Both the position numbers and the translations under genes were made by a program. 64,000 nt of DNA, from assembly GCF_004010195.1 (NCBI RefSeq), contig NW_025215212.1, forward strand, positions 1-64,000, written 5' to 3'. Positions 38,880-50,775 of the stretch are shown in pieces (the stretch's first letter is position 1; every line of letters begins with the position of its first letter). Under the pieces are notes generated by a model that was given only the letters and a program-made list of their open reading frames with translations, did no database searches and was not told the DNA's origin. The stretch is from Chiloscyllium plagiosum (Eukaryota).

Positions 38880-39100
38880 AATGAGTCTCTGGAACGTCAA
38901 TTGCGTGAGATGGAGGAACGTTTCAATTTTGAAACAAGTAATTACCAGGACACAGTTAGCCAGTTGGAGAGCGGTATCCAGAATCTGAAGGAGGAGATGG
39001 CCCGGCACCTGCAGGCTTACCAAGACTTGCTCAACGTCAAGCTGGCCCTGGACATTGAGATTGCCACCTACAGGAAGCTGCTGGAAGGAGAGGAGAACAG
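38880..39100 (+). CDS. GFAP: GFAP exon 6 (221 nt), end of coil 2B
   Basis: [20 protein letters not shown]...[34 protein letters not shown](R) |GTAAGA; includes the IF signature [10 protein letters not shown]. Confidence 0.97.
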
Positions 39101-39258
39101 GTAAGAGCTGCCTGGCACCAGGTTTTACCAAACCACAGACCTCATCAATGGCCAACTGAGCCAAAATCAGACTGTCCATCCCTGCCTCACCCTCTCTCAG
39201 CTAGTTAGTGCTGGTGCTAACCTTACTCTCCCCAACCCCTCGGTATCAGGGTCACCGT

Positions 39259-39573
39259 GGGCGGCACGGTGGCACAGTGGTTATCACTGCTGCCTCACAG
39301 CGCCAGAGACCCGGGTTCAATTCCCGACTCAGGCGACTGACTGTGTGGAGTTTGCACATTCTCCCCGTGTCTGCGTGGGTTTCCTCCGGGTGCTCCGGTT
39401 TCCTCCCACAGTCCAAAGATGTGCGGGTCAGGTGAATTGGCCATACTAAATTGCCCATAGTGTTAGGTTAAAGGGGTAAATGTAATGGTATGGGTGGGTG
39501 GCGGGTCGGTGTGGACTTGTTGGGCCGAAGGGCCTGTTTCCACACTGTAAGTAATCTAATCTAATCTAATCTA
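39259..39573 (+). mobile_element. HE1-like SINE, full length with (TAATC)n tail
   Basis: GGGCGGCACGGTGGCACAGTGGTTATCACTGCTGCCTCACAGCGCCAGAGACCCGGGTTCAATTCCC ... TAATCTAATCTAATC. Confidence 0.9.
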
Positions 39574-39756
39574 AACACGCTGATCCATGAACGTGACATC
39601 ATTATGGGAACTCATTAATCCTTCAAATGCCTCAACCACTGCCATCTCACTCTGTATTTGTCCTAGGAGTGTTTGTTTTGATGGGAGAGTGCAGAGGGAC
39701 ATTTAGTCTATATATATCTTGCTATATCTATCTTGAGAGAGTTTGGGGACAGTGAC

Positions 39757-40158
39757 TAGATTAGATTAAATTCCCTGCAGTACAGAAACAGGCCCTTTGG
39801 CCTGACCAGTCCACACCAATCTTCCGAAGAGTAACCCACCCAGACCCATTCCTGTACTCCCTACTAATGCGCCTATCACTATGGACAATTTAGCGTGGCC
39901 AATTCACCTGACCTGCACATCTTTGGACTATGGGAGGAAAGGGAAATCCTGAAGAAGGGCTTATGCCCGAAACGTCGATTCTCCTGTTCCTTGGATGCTG
40001 CCTGACTTTTCCAGCAACACATTTTCAGCTCTGATCTCCAGCATCTGCAGACCTCACTTTCTCCTTGTGTGGGAGAAAACCGGAGTACCCAGAGAATGTG
40101 CAAACTCCACACAGACAGTCGCCCGTGGCTGGAATCGAACCTGCGTCCCTGGCACTGT
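39757..40158 (-). mobile_element. HE1-like SINE interrupted by a + strand PLE-type insertion (about 39941-40066)
   Basis: Reverse-complement SINE split at TGGGAGGAAA/TGGGAGAAAA; the insert carries a hammerhead motif. Confidence 0.8.
39941..39984 (+). ncRNA. Minimal hammerhead ribozyme motif (PLE-type)
   Basis: GGGAAATC-CTGAAGA-A-GGGC-TTAT-GCCC-GAAA-C-GTC-GATTCTCC; helix I of 7 pairs (one G-U) with one mismatch. Confidence 0.65.
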
Positions 40159-40339
40159 AGTTAGTTTAAACAATTATAGGGAGCACTATTCTCAAATCTA
40201 ATCCCATGCTGTCACTATCCTGGCAGTATTAATGGGGACCAGGTCAGGAGAATTTTAAGCTCTGGTTTAAAGAGTAGAGAAAGTATCACTTTCAGTTTAA
40301 AAGAGTAAAGGGAACTTTACTCTCAGCTTAAAGTTGTAG

Positions 40340-41282
40340 AAGGAACTTTACTCTGAATCTAACGTCGTGCTGTAACTGTCCTGGGGAGTGTTTGATGGAG
40401 ACAGTGTAGAGGGAGCTTTACTCTGTATCTAACCCTGTGCTGTCCCTGTCCTGGGGAGTGTTTGATGGGGACAGTGTAGAGGGAGCTTTACTCTGTATCT
40501 AACCTCATGCTGTCCCTGTCCTTGGGAGTGTTTGATGGAGATAGTGTAGAGGGAGCTTTACTCTGTATCTAACCCCGTGCTGTTCCTGTCCTTGGGAGTG
40601 TTTGATGGAGATAGTGTAGAGGGAGTTTTACTCTGTATCTAACCCTGTGCTGTAACTGTCCTGGGAGAGTTTGATGGAGACAGTGTAGAGGGAGCTTTAC
40701 TCTATATCTAACCCCGTGCTGTCCCTGTCCTTGGGAGTGTTTGATGGAGATAGTGTAGAGGGAGCTTTATTCTGTATCTAACCCCATGCTGTCCCTGTCC
40801 TTGGGAGTGTTTGATGGAGATAGTGTAGAGGGAGCTTTACTCTGTATCTAACCCCATGCTGTCCCTGTCCTTGGGAGAGTTTGATGGAGATAGTGTAGAG
40901 GGAGCTTTACTCTGTATCTAACCCTGTGCTGTAACTGTCCTTGGAAGTGTTTGATGGATATAGTGTAGAGCGAGCTTTACTCTGTATCTAACCCTGTGCT
41001 GTCCCTGTCCTTGGGAGTGTTTGATGGAGATAGTGTAGAGGGAGCTTTACTCTGTATCTAACCCCATGCTGTAACTGTCCTGGGAGTGTTTGATGGAGAT
41101 AGTGTAGAGGGAACTTTACTCTGTATCTAACCCTGTGCTGTGCCTGTCCTTGGGAGTGTTTGATGGAGATAGTGTAGAGCGAGCTTTACTCTGTATCTAA
41201 CCCTGTGCTGTGCCTGTCCTTGGGAGTGTTTGATGGAGACAGTATTGAAGGAGCTTTACTCTGTATCTACCCTTTGCTGTAT
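40340..41282 (+). repeat. 69/70-bp minisatellite, about 13 copies, in intron 6
   Basis: Unit approximately GGGAGTGTTTGATGGAGATAGTGTAGAGGGAGCTTTACTCTGTATCTAACCCCGTGCTGTCCCTGTCCTT. Confidence 0.95.
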
Positions 41283-41456
41283 CTGATAAAAGCTCCTGCA
41301 TCCCTGACCCTTAATCATGAGCATCATTGCTGTGCTCCAACTCAATCCCATGCTGTCAGTAACCACAGGAAAGATGGCTGTCTGTATAGAATGAGCTCTG
41401 AGAGCAATGACAGAGATTCTCCTTGGGTCTGATAATAGCTGTCTGTTTGTTTACAG

Positions 41457-41500
41457 GATTTCAATGCCTGTTCAGAGCTTCTCATCTCTGCAAATCAGAG
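41457..41500 (+). CDS. GFAP: GFAP exon 7 (44 nt)
   Basis: TTACAG| (R)ISMPVQSFSSLQIR(E) |GTAAGT; compare human ITIPVQTFSNLQIR. Confidence 0.95.
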
Positions 41501-42984
41501 GTAAGTGTGGACACCACAATATTACTTCCATTTTTATAGCACCTTCCACAGAGTAAAACTTTCTCAACAGGTTTGACAGGAGCATTATCAAATGAAAATC
41601 TGGCACCCAGCCACATAAGGAGCAGTCTACACTGGTGACTGAAGGGTGAGGAGAGGCGCGGGTATGAAGGGAAGTTCCACACTTGCTCCCTGGTAACTAA
41701 AGGCTTAGTCACCAATGGTGGAATCCTTACAATCATCAATCCTGAAGAGATTTGAATTGGAGGAGTGCAACTATCTGCAAGATTTGGGGTGTTAGAGAAG
41801 GTTAGAGAGAGAGCAGTGCCAGACGGATTTGAAATTCAAGAAGAATACTAAAACTAAAAGGCCTTGCTGAATCAGGAATGGACGTAAACCAATGAGCACC
41901 AGGGAAGTGGGGGAGCAGAACTTAATGGAAATTATGACAAATATCAAATTTTTTGTGTTGGTATTTAGCAGGATGTGTAAAGTTCAGCAAGATTTCATGC
42001 AAAACAGAAATGTGCACGTGCACATTTCCCTGTTTGAATGTGTCTGTGTGTTAGGCTTAAGTGGATAAAAAGCACAATGTCATTTTTAATGCATTACGTT
42101 CCTTCTCTGTCGAGTGAGTGAGAGGCACAGCTGTTTCAATGGTTTCTCTCTAAAAGCATAAACCATAAACTTTTAACTTCAGCAGTAACTCCATTACATA
42201 TGCAAACTTCTGTATTAAGTTAGCAAGGACCTCTCCTGGAAACGCTTGCTCACTAAGGTAAGTCTTTCAATATGGTGGCTGGTTTCTTCATTGTGTAGGC
42301 TGTCATCCTATATCAGGGAAAACCTCTTATTTACATAACCTTCACCTGAGCTAGCGGTCTTGGAATCTGCTTCAGTGTTCCCAGCCTGCACGGTTCCTGT
42401 GGGAATTTGGAGATAGTGAGGACTGCAGATGCTGGAGAGTCAGAGTAGATAGAGTGCACAGCAGGTCAAGCAGCATCCAAGGAGCAGGAGACATTTCAGG
42501 CAGGACCCTGAAGGATTACGACGAGAGATTTGCTCTGCTTTTTCATTCCCGAGATCATTTGTAAACCCTGAGTTGCAGTAATCGTTGATCCTTTCTGTGT
42601 TGGTCACAACAAAACTCCGGATCTTATAAAGGGGCTGGCTGCTTTCCAACATGATCGTCACTTTTCAGAAATATTTTATCTTTTGGCTTGAGCACTGGAG
42701 ACCTGAACTTCGTGTTTAACTCTTGCCTTCACTCTCATTTGATCCTTCAGTTGCACGCATGAGGAGCTCAGGGAAATGTGTGCACCTGGAAAGTGTGAAG
42801 ATGAACGTAGCTGGAAACTTGCCAGTGACAGAGTGAGGAGTCACTCTAACTGTGATAGAGCTCCTTCTTCCAAGGTGACTTTGTCAGTTCTTTCTGGCCA
42901 AATCACTGTTATCATGGTACCCTCCAATCTCTCAATCTCTCCACTTGCCTTTTAGCTCCAGAATTTTCTAAAATAAGATTAAGG

Positions 42985-43270
42985 TTAGATTACTTACAGT
43001 GTGGAAACAGGCCCTTCGGCCCAACAAGTCCACACCGACTCTCCAAAGAGCAACCCGTGCAGACCCATTCCCCTACACCTAACACTACGGGCAATTTAGC
43101 ATGGCCAATTCACCGAACCTGCACATTTTTTGGACTGTGGGAGGAAACCGGAGCAAACCCACACAGACACGGGGAGAATGTGCAAACTCCACACAGTCAG
43201 ATGCCTGAGGCGGGAATTGAACCCAGGTCTCTGGCGCTGTGAGGCAGCAGTGCTAACCACTGTGCTACCA
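42985..43270 (-). mobile_element. HE1-like SINE
   Basis: Reverse complement of a full SINE. Confidence 0.85.
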
Positions 43271-43444
43271 CAATTTGATTTGTCAATGAGTAAAACTCAG
43301 GTTGTTCATAAATCTATTGAATTCTGAGGTGGTCAATGGGAAGTATTGTCACTTATCACTATTTGAGTGACTCAAAACAAGCGAACATGAGATGGCTGCT
43401 TTTGTTGACCTAACATCTAATTACTTGTTTAGTGTTGTGAGGGT

Positions 43445-45620
43445 TTCTGCCTGTTCCATCCTTACAGACAGTGAGTTCCAGATTCCTATCACATCCCTTC
43501 TAAATGTCCTGCCCCTGACCTTAAACTATGCCCCACATCATTGATCCCTCCATCAGGAGGGCAGGTTTTCTCCTGTTTACTCTGTCTCTGCCCCTCATTA
43601 TTTTATCCATTCTCCTCAATCTCCTCTATTCAAGGTAAACAGTCCCAGTCTGTCCAAACTCTCTTCATTACTGAAACTCTCCAGCCCGGGCAACATCCTG
43701 GTAAATCCNNNCTGGTAAATCACCCCCCCCCCCCCCCCCTCCCCGCAGTCCAATCACATCCCTCCCATTGTGTGGATTCCAGAACTGCAAACAGTGCGGC
43801 CTAACTAATATTTTATACAGTTCCAGCATCAACTTCCGGCTCTTAAACTCCAATCGTCAACTAAAAAAGGCAAATATAGCACGTACCTTCTTAATCACTT
43901 TACCCATTTGTCCTGATGACTTAAGGAACTGCTGTACATACACACCAAGGACCTTCTGATCCTTGGTCCTTCCCAGGGTCTACTACTTATCGTGTATTCC
44001 CTTGCCTTGTCTGTCCTTTAGTGAGGAGGATAGCTTTATATCACCCTGACAACTTTTGTATCGCCTCTAAACTTACTGATCAACCCTCCTATGTTCAACT
44101 CTGAACCATTGATATAAACCACAAACAGAAAGGTCCCTGACTCTGACTCCTGTGGGACCCCCTTGACATAGGCTTCTAGTTGGAAAAACACCACTCAACC
44201 ACCACCCTCTGCTTCCTGCCACTCAGCCAATTGTGGATCCAATTTGCCAAATTTCCCAGGATCCCATGGACTCTTACCTTTGCTGTCAATCTCCCACATG
44301 GGACCTCTTGAAAAGTCTTGTTGAAGTCCAAGTATATTATATCAAAGGGATCACCTTCATCTATACACCTGGTCACCGCTCTGAAAGATTCCAATGAACG
44401 GGTCAGATATAACCTCGCCTTAACCAAACCATGCTGACTGTTCTTGCTTAATCCCTGCTTCTCCAAATGCAGATTCATTCTGTCCCTCAGAATTGCCTCC
44501 AATAGTTTCCCCACCACCGAGGTTAGACTGAGCGGCCTGTAGTTTTTGTTTATCTCATGCTCCTTTCTTGAATAACGGTTCCACATTGTCTGTCCTTCAG
44601 TCCTCCAACACTTCTCCTGTGTCAAGGGAAGAATGGAACATTTTTGCAGGTGCCTCTGCTATCTTCTTCCTTTGCCTCACTCTGGGATACCCTAACCTGG
44701 GATACCCTCACTTTGGGATACCCTCACTTTGGGATACCCTAACCTGGGATACCCTCACTCTGGGATACCCTAACCTGGGATACCCTAACCTGGGATACCC
44801 TTACTTTGGGATACCCTAACCTGGGATACCCTAACCTGGGATACCCTCACTTTGGGATACCCTAACCTGGGATACCCTAACCTGGGATACTCTCACTTTT
44901 GGATACCCTAACCTGGGATACCCTCACTTTGGGATACCCTAACCTGGGATACTCTAACCTGGGATACTCTAACCTGGGATACCCTAACCTGGGATACCAT
45001 CACTTTGGGATACCCTAACCTGGGATACCCTAACCTGGGATACTCTAACCTGGGATACCCTAACCTAGGATACTCTAACCTGAGATAACCTAACCTGGGA
45101 TACTCTAACCTGGGATACCCTAACCTGGGATACTCTCACTTTGGGATACCCTAACCTGGGATACCCTCACTTTGGGATACCCTAACCTGGGATACCCTAA
45201 CCTGGGATACTCTAACCTGAGATAACCTAACCTGGGATACATTTCATCCAGCTCTTACCTACTTTTAAGCCTGTCAGGCCACTCAGAACGTCCTCGCTGT
45301 CTATGCTAACTTTCTTAATTAAATCACAGACCTTCTCCCTGATGTCTATACCAATATCATCCCTCTCACAAGTGAACACCAACACAAATTATTCCTTTAG
45401 AAACCATCCACATCCTTTGCTCCAAGTGCAAATTACCACTGAGCTCCTTAAAGGGCCCCATTCTTTCCCTTGTTATCCTTTTGCCCTTAATGTAACTATA
45501 AAACAACTCGGGATTTTCCTTTTATTTTACATGCCAGTATCCTTTCATATCCCCTTTTAGGCCTCCTGATCTTCCTTTTAAGTTCCTTGCGTACATTCTG
45601 TACTCCTACAGAGCGTCTGC
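43445..45620 (-). mobile_element. CR1 ORF2 remnant interrupted by a minisatellite
   Basis: NYRPLSLTSVVGKLLEAILRDR...SQHGLVK...DIIYLDFNKTF...LANWIHNWLSGRKQRVVVE; LYKILVRPH. Confidence 0.85.
44681..45240 (+). repeat. 15/16-bp minisatellite (about 36 units)
   Basis: Interspersed CTGGGATACCCTAAC and TTGGGATACCCTCACT variants. Confidence 0.95.
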
Positions 45621-46905
45621 TATTTTACAGCCTGTTAATTTAATACAGTCAACTCCCACTTGGCAGCAGCTTCTTGTTGTAAGTAGTTTAGCAACGTCAG
45701 GATTGATGTAAATACACGATGTGATTCCGACTGCCTAAATGCTGAAGATCTGCAGAGTTTGAAATATCTTCAATTATCCACAGATCAAGTGGTATCCCTT
45801 CATCACTGAACACATAGTCAAAGGATTAAATTCTATTTTAATTGAACAAGGAACTGTCTGTGTTCAAGATGTGATTATAGTCTCTAAGCCAGGGTCGGCA
45901 CGTGTGTAGATGTGCCTTGAGTTAACTTGCAGGGTGACCACAGATGAGAGTGGTGTCCTGCCTGCCATTAGTCCTTGAAGTGCAGACTGAGTCATGAACT
46001 GAAATATCTCAGATGCTGAACTGGTCCCAAAGTCTTTTGTAAGGGGGAGAAACAAAGAAGTTAAGTGTGAGTGGAGAAAGCTGTAACATGTCTCGATTCA
46101 TCTGCAAGATAACCTCTCCAGATGTCCGTGTTCAATGTCATTCACTCTGTTTGTGAATATCTCTGAACTGTTGGTGTTTCTGGATTCCAATCTGTTTCAC
46201 GCTCCTCAGTTTCTTGATGACGTGCATGGGTGAACTCCAGGGGTGGGGCTCTCCCCAACTTTCTCAAAAATGTCCAGACCAAGTAAACACTAAAGACTCT
46301 TCTCTGTCAAGTTCCTGATTTGGAATGTATTCGTTGTGGTCGGTGCATGACTGGGATCACTGAAAGTCTCAACTATCAGAGGTTGTTGGGACTAAATCTT
46401 GGAATTCCCTTCCCAAGAGCATTGCGGGTTTATCTACAGCAGTTCTGGAAGGCAGCTCAGCACTAGCTTTTGCTGGGCAACTAGGGATGGGTAATAAATG
46501 CTGTCCAAGCCAGCGATATCCACATCCCTCAAGTGAATGAATAAAGCACCTGGGATTTGCATGTAACATTTCTCACTATGCTAATATTAATGAAGCGATC
46601 AGTGTCTAATTTGTGAGTGTTTGTTTGTGTAGAAATCACTTACGTGACTACAATACTGAACAGTTCTGTTGCTATGTGGCACACTCTCCAGTTACAATCC
46701 CTGAATGTAACATTTGTTCTAGTGTCTTTGAATGGAACCTGTGCTTAAAAAGTGCCAAGAATTTTCAGTGGCTTGTCACTACTGCGAGGGTAAAATTTTA
46801 GATTCATCAGAAAATGGGTAATCCTGAGGTTTGTTCAGGATCCGGACATTTAATAGCGTGCACAGTGATTGCTGCTCTGCTCTCTACCATTTCCCGCCAG
46901 GACAG

Positions 46906-47105
46906 AACTGCTGCCTCACAGCACCAGAGACCCGGGTTCAATTCCCGCCTCAGGCAACTGACTGTGTGGAGTTTGCATGTTCTCCCCATGTCTGCGTGGG
47001 TTTCCTCCGGGTGCTCTGGTTTCCTCCCACAGTCCAAAGATGTGCAGGGTCAGGTGAATTGGCCATGCTAAATTGCCCGTGTAATGTAATCTAATCTAAT
47101 CTAAT
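46906..47105 (+). mobile_element. HE1-like SINE (internally deleted)
   Basis: ACTGCTGCCTCACAGCACCAGAGACCCGGGTTCAATTCCC ... TAATCTAATC tail. Confidence 0.8.
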
Positions 47106-47939
47106 TTCCCACAGGGAAGTCATCATCTGTCCTGCCCATCCCGCATTCCGCCCATACACCCTCACCCTGACAGCATTCAACACCTCATCTCATCAATGAT
47201 TGCCCCTCAAAAGTGTTCTTTAGCCCTTCCCCTTCCACCCCTCCCAACTACTCCCCCAAGGTTCATTCTAAAGGGTGAGTTGGAAGAGTGGACATGAGTT
47301 TTGGGGATTGTCAGGCCATTAGGAGGGAGGTGCGGAAGTAACCCAGGGGCATCAGGGGCTGGTGGGACAAGGAGATGTGTAGGTGCCCAGGGGATCAGCC
47401 CAGTGGGTGTTGGGTCCAGAGGACATGTAGTGTGGGGGGTACTGGTCTGGAGGGAGGTCAGGGTGTCAGGCCAACTGTGAGGGGAGCGGAGTGTTGACAG
47501 ACAGTCTTGTATCTGGGGGAGTCAGTTCCAAAGGGGTCTGGAGTGGGGGGATTGTTGGGACAAGTGTGCTGGGTACCAGTGATCTCAGATGTGTAAGGGA
47601 TCAGGAGGGGGCTACTTTAATAGCTATCCAAGAGTTACTAGGTTCTTAATCCTCAACATTTTCCGGATCACTTTTCAGCTTCTGTGAAATGGAACCCCAC
47701 TGCATTCCCCCTCTACCTGCCACCAAATACCTTGACTTCAATGGATTATTTCAGACAGCTGCAGATGCAGGGGAGCTGCCCATGGGAAAATCCAATTCCA
47801 ATTGGAGGTCCACTGAAGATGTTACCTAGCAGGGGGATGAAACATCTGGAAAAGAACCTTCCAGCTCAGCGAGCAAACCTACACCCAGAATTCAATTCTC
47901 TGGGCAATTGCACCCACAAATCAACTCTCACATGGTCCT

Positions 47940-48520
47940 GATTCACTGCTCTACCCCAATGATTCTCTGGCCGTCAGAACATCCAGGCCGTTTCCTATCT
48001 TTAGGATCCTTTTTGCATCATGGGACCACATTAGCTGCATTCCAGTCCCCTGGGACCCTGCCTGAGCTCAGAAAGGATTTGAAAGTTAATATCAAGGCCC
48101 TATAATCTCCTCCCTTGCTTCCCGCAGCAGCCTGGCGTATATCTCATTTGGACCTGTGAAGTTATCCACTTTAAACCCCACTAATACATCTTCATACTGA
48201 TGTAAATTCTCATCGATTCCTCTTGCTCTGTACACATTACCACTTAAGTCCATAATGGGCCCTATTCCTTCCCCAGTTATTCTCTTGCCTCTAACTGACT
48301 TATAAAGCACCTTTAGATTGTCCTTAGTGTTAACTACCAATGTTTTTCATGGACTCTTGACGCTCTCCTGTTCTTTGTAAGTCTCCCTCCCATTCAATGC
48401 TCCATCAGGCCATCCACTGTTCTGAACCCTCGGTAACTGCCGTAATCTTCTTTCATTTTCCCTTATCATACATCCCTTGACATTCAAAGTTTTCTGGACT
48501 TGGTCCTTTGCACCATTATA
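47940..48520 (-). mobile_element. CR1 ORF2 fragment
   Basis: LYKSVRGKRITGEGIGP...KVDNFTGPNEIYARLLREAREEI. Confidence 0.7.
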
Positions 48521-48537
48521 GGAATTTATTCACCATG

Positions 48538-48677
48538 CACTCACACACATACACACACATACACACAGACACACACAGACACACACACATACATGCAGAC
48601 ACACACACACATACACACACAGACACACACACAGACAGACACACACTCACAGACACACACATACACTCAGACATGCA
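48538..48677 (+). repeat. (CA)n-type compound microsatellite running into a gap
   Basis: Direct reading. Confidence 0.95.
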
Positions 48678-49373
48678 NNNNNNNNNNNNNNNNNNNNNNN
48701 NNNNNNNNNNNNNNNNNNNNNNNNNNNNNNNNNNNNNNNNNNNNNNNNNNNNNNNNNNNNNNNNNNNNNNNNNNNNNNNNNNNNNNNNNNNNNNNNNNNN
48801 NNNNNNNNNNNNNNNNNNNNNNNNNNNNNNNNNNNNNNNNNNNNNNNNNNNNNNNNNNNNNNNNNNNNNNNNNNNNNNNNNNNNNNNNNNNNNNNNNNNN
48901 NNNNNNNNNNNNNNNNNNNNNNNNNNNNNNNNNNNNNNNNNNNNNNNNNNNNNNNNNNNNNNNNNNNNNNNNNNNNNNNNNNNNNNNNNNNNNNNNNNNN
49001 NNNNNNNNNNNNNNNNNNNNNNNNNNNNNNNNNNNNNNNNNNNNNNNNNNNNNNNNNNNNNNNNNNNNNNNNNNNNNNNNNNNNNNNNNNNNNNNNNNNN
49101 NNNNNNNNNNNNNNNNNNNNNNNNNNNNNNNNNNNNNNNNNNNNNNNNNNNNNNNNNNNNNNNNNNNNNNNNNNNNNNNNNNNNNNNNNNNNNNNNNNNN
49201 NNNNNNNNNNNNNNNNNNNNNNNNNNNNNNNNNNNNNNNNNNNNNNNNNNNNNNNNNNNNNNNNNNNNNNNNNNNNNNNNNNNNNNNNNNNNNNNNNNNN
49301 NNNNNNNNNNNNNNNNNNNNNNNNNNNNNNNNNNNNNNNNNNNNNNNNNNNNNNNNNNNNNNNNNNNNNNNNN
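48678..49373. other. Assembly gap (696 N)
   Basis: N run. Confidence 1.
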
Positions 49374-49598
49374 ACCTTAACCTCCTTCCACCTATCGCAT
49401 TCCCAACGCCCTTCCCCCAAGTCCCTCCTCCATATCTTTTATCTTAGCCTGCTTGGCACACCTTCCTCATTCCTGAAGAAGGGCTTATGCCCGAAACGTC
49501 GATTCTCCTGCTCCTTGGATGCTGCCTGACCTGCTGCGCTTTTCCAGCAACACATTTTCAGCTCTGATCTCCAGCATCTGCAGCCCTCACTTTCTCCT
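49374..49598 (+). mobile_element. PLE-type 3' fragment with hammerhead core at 49473-49500
   Basis: Pyrimidine-rich leader, then CTGAAGAAGGGCTTATGCCCGAAACGTC and the same tail as 4893-5019. Confidence 0.75.
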
Positions 49599-49834
49599 TA
49601 AATAAATGCCATCCAGCCTTGCCATGTTCCCTTGTGCCTTACCTTCAATGTGTTTGTACTGCCTTATTAGACTGACTTGGTTCTTTGACACTTGTCTGTG
49701 CATCAGCCCCAACTATACTTCCGCTCTGTATCCCATCCCCTGACAAATTACTTTAAACTCCCAGCCATCTCCACAAATCACTCCAGCCCACCCTTCCAAA
49801 CAGTTTTATTCAGACTCCAGTAGTTTCTGTTGAT

Positions 49835-50775
49835 GGACTCAGTTGGAGGACTGTGTACAATTCTAGTTGCCCTGCCACAGGAAGGATATCATTAAATTGG
49901 AGAGGGTGCAGAAAAGATTTACCAGGTTGTTGCCGGAACTGGAGGGCTTGAGGCCTGAGGAGAGACTGTATAGGCTGGCACTTTTTCACCGGAGTGTCGG
50001 AAGTTGGGGGCTGACCTTATCGCAGTTTATAAAATCACGAGGGACATAGATAGGGTGAATAGCCAATGTCTTTTCCATAAGGTAGGGGAGTCCAAAACTA
50101 GGAGGCATTTTTTAAAGTGGGAGGAAAAACATTTTTATAAAGGACTTGAGGGGGCAACGTTTTCACACAGAGGGTGGTCCGTGTGTGGAATAAACTACCA
50201 GAGGAAGTGGTAGGTACAGGGACAGTTACATTTAAAAGACATTTGGACAGGTTCATGAGTAGGAGAGGTTTGGAGGGATATGAGCAAAACACATTAAATT
50301 GGAGAGGGTGCAGAAAAGATTTACCAGGTTGTTGCCGGAACTGGAGGGCTTGAGGCCTGAGGAGAGACTGCATAGGCTGGCACTTTTTCACCGGAGTGTC
50401 GGAAGTTGGGGGCTGACCTTATCGCAGTTTATAAAATCACGAGGGACATAGATAGGGTGAATAGCCAATGTCTTTTCCATAAGGTAGGGGAGTCCAAAAC
50501 TAGGAGGCATTTTTTAAAGTGGGAGGAAAAACATTTTTATAAAGGACTTGAGGGGGCAACGTTTTCACACAGAGGGTGGTCCGTGTGTGGAATAAACTAC
50601 CAGAGGAAGTGGTAGGTACAGGGACAGTTACATTTAAAAGACATTTGGACAGGTTCATGAGTAGGAGAGGTTTGGAGGGATATGAGCAAAACACAGGCAA
50701 GTGGGAGACTGCTTAGTTTGGGAAGCCTGGTCAATGTGGACGAGTTGGTTTGTTTCAGTGCTGTACGACCCGATG
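49835..50775 (+). mobile_element. CR1 3' end containing a 402-bp tandem duplication
   Basis: RKDIIKLERVQKRFTRLLPELEGL; ORFs starting at 50004 and 50406 translate identically. Confidence 0.9.

Noticed and set aside
39259..39330. tRNA gene
   Set aside because: The tRNA-like A/B boxes are the head of a SINE repeated many times in the window.
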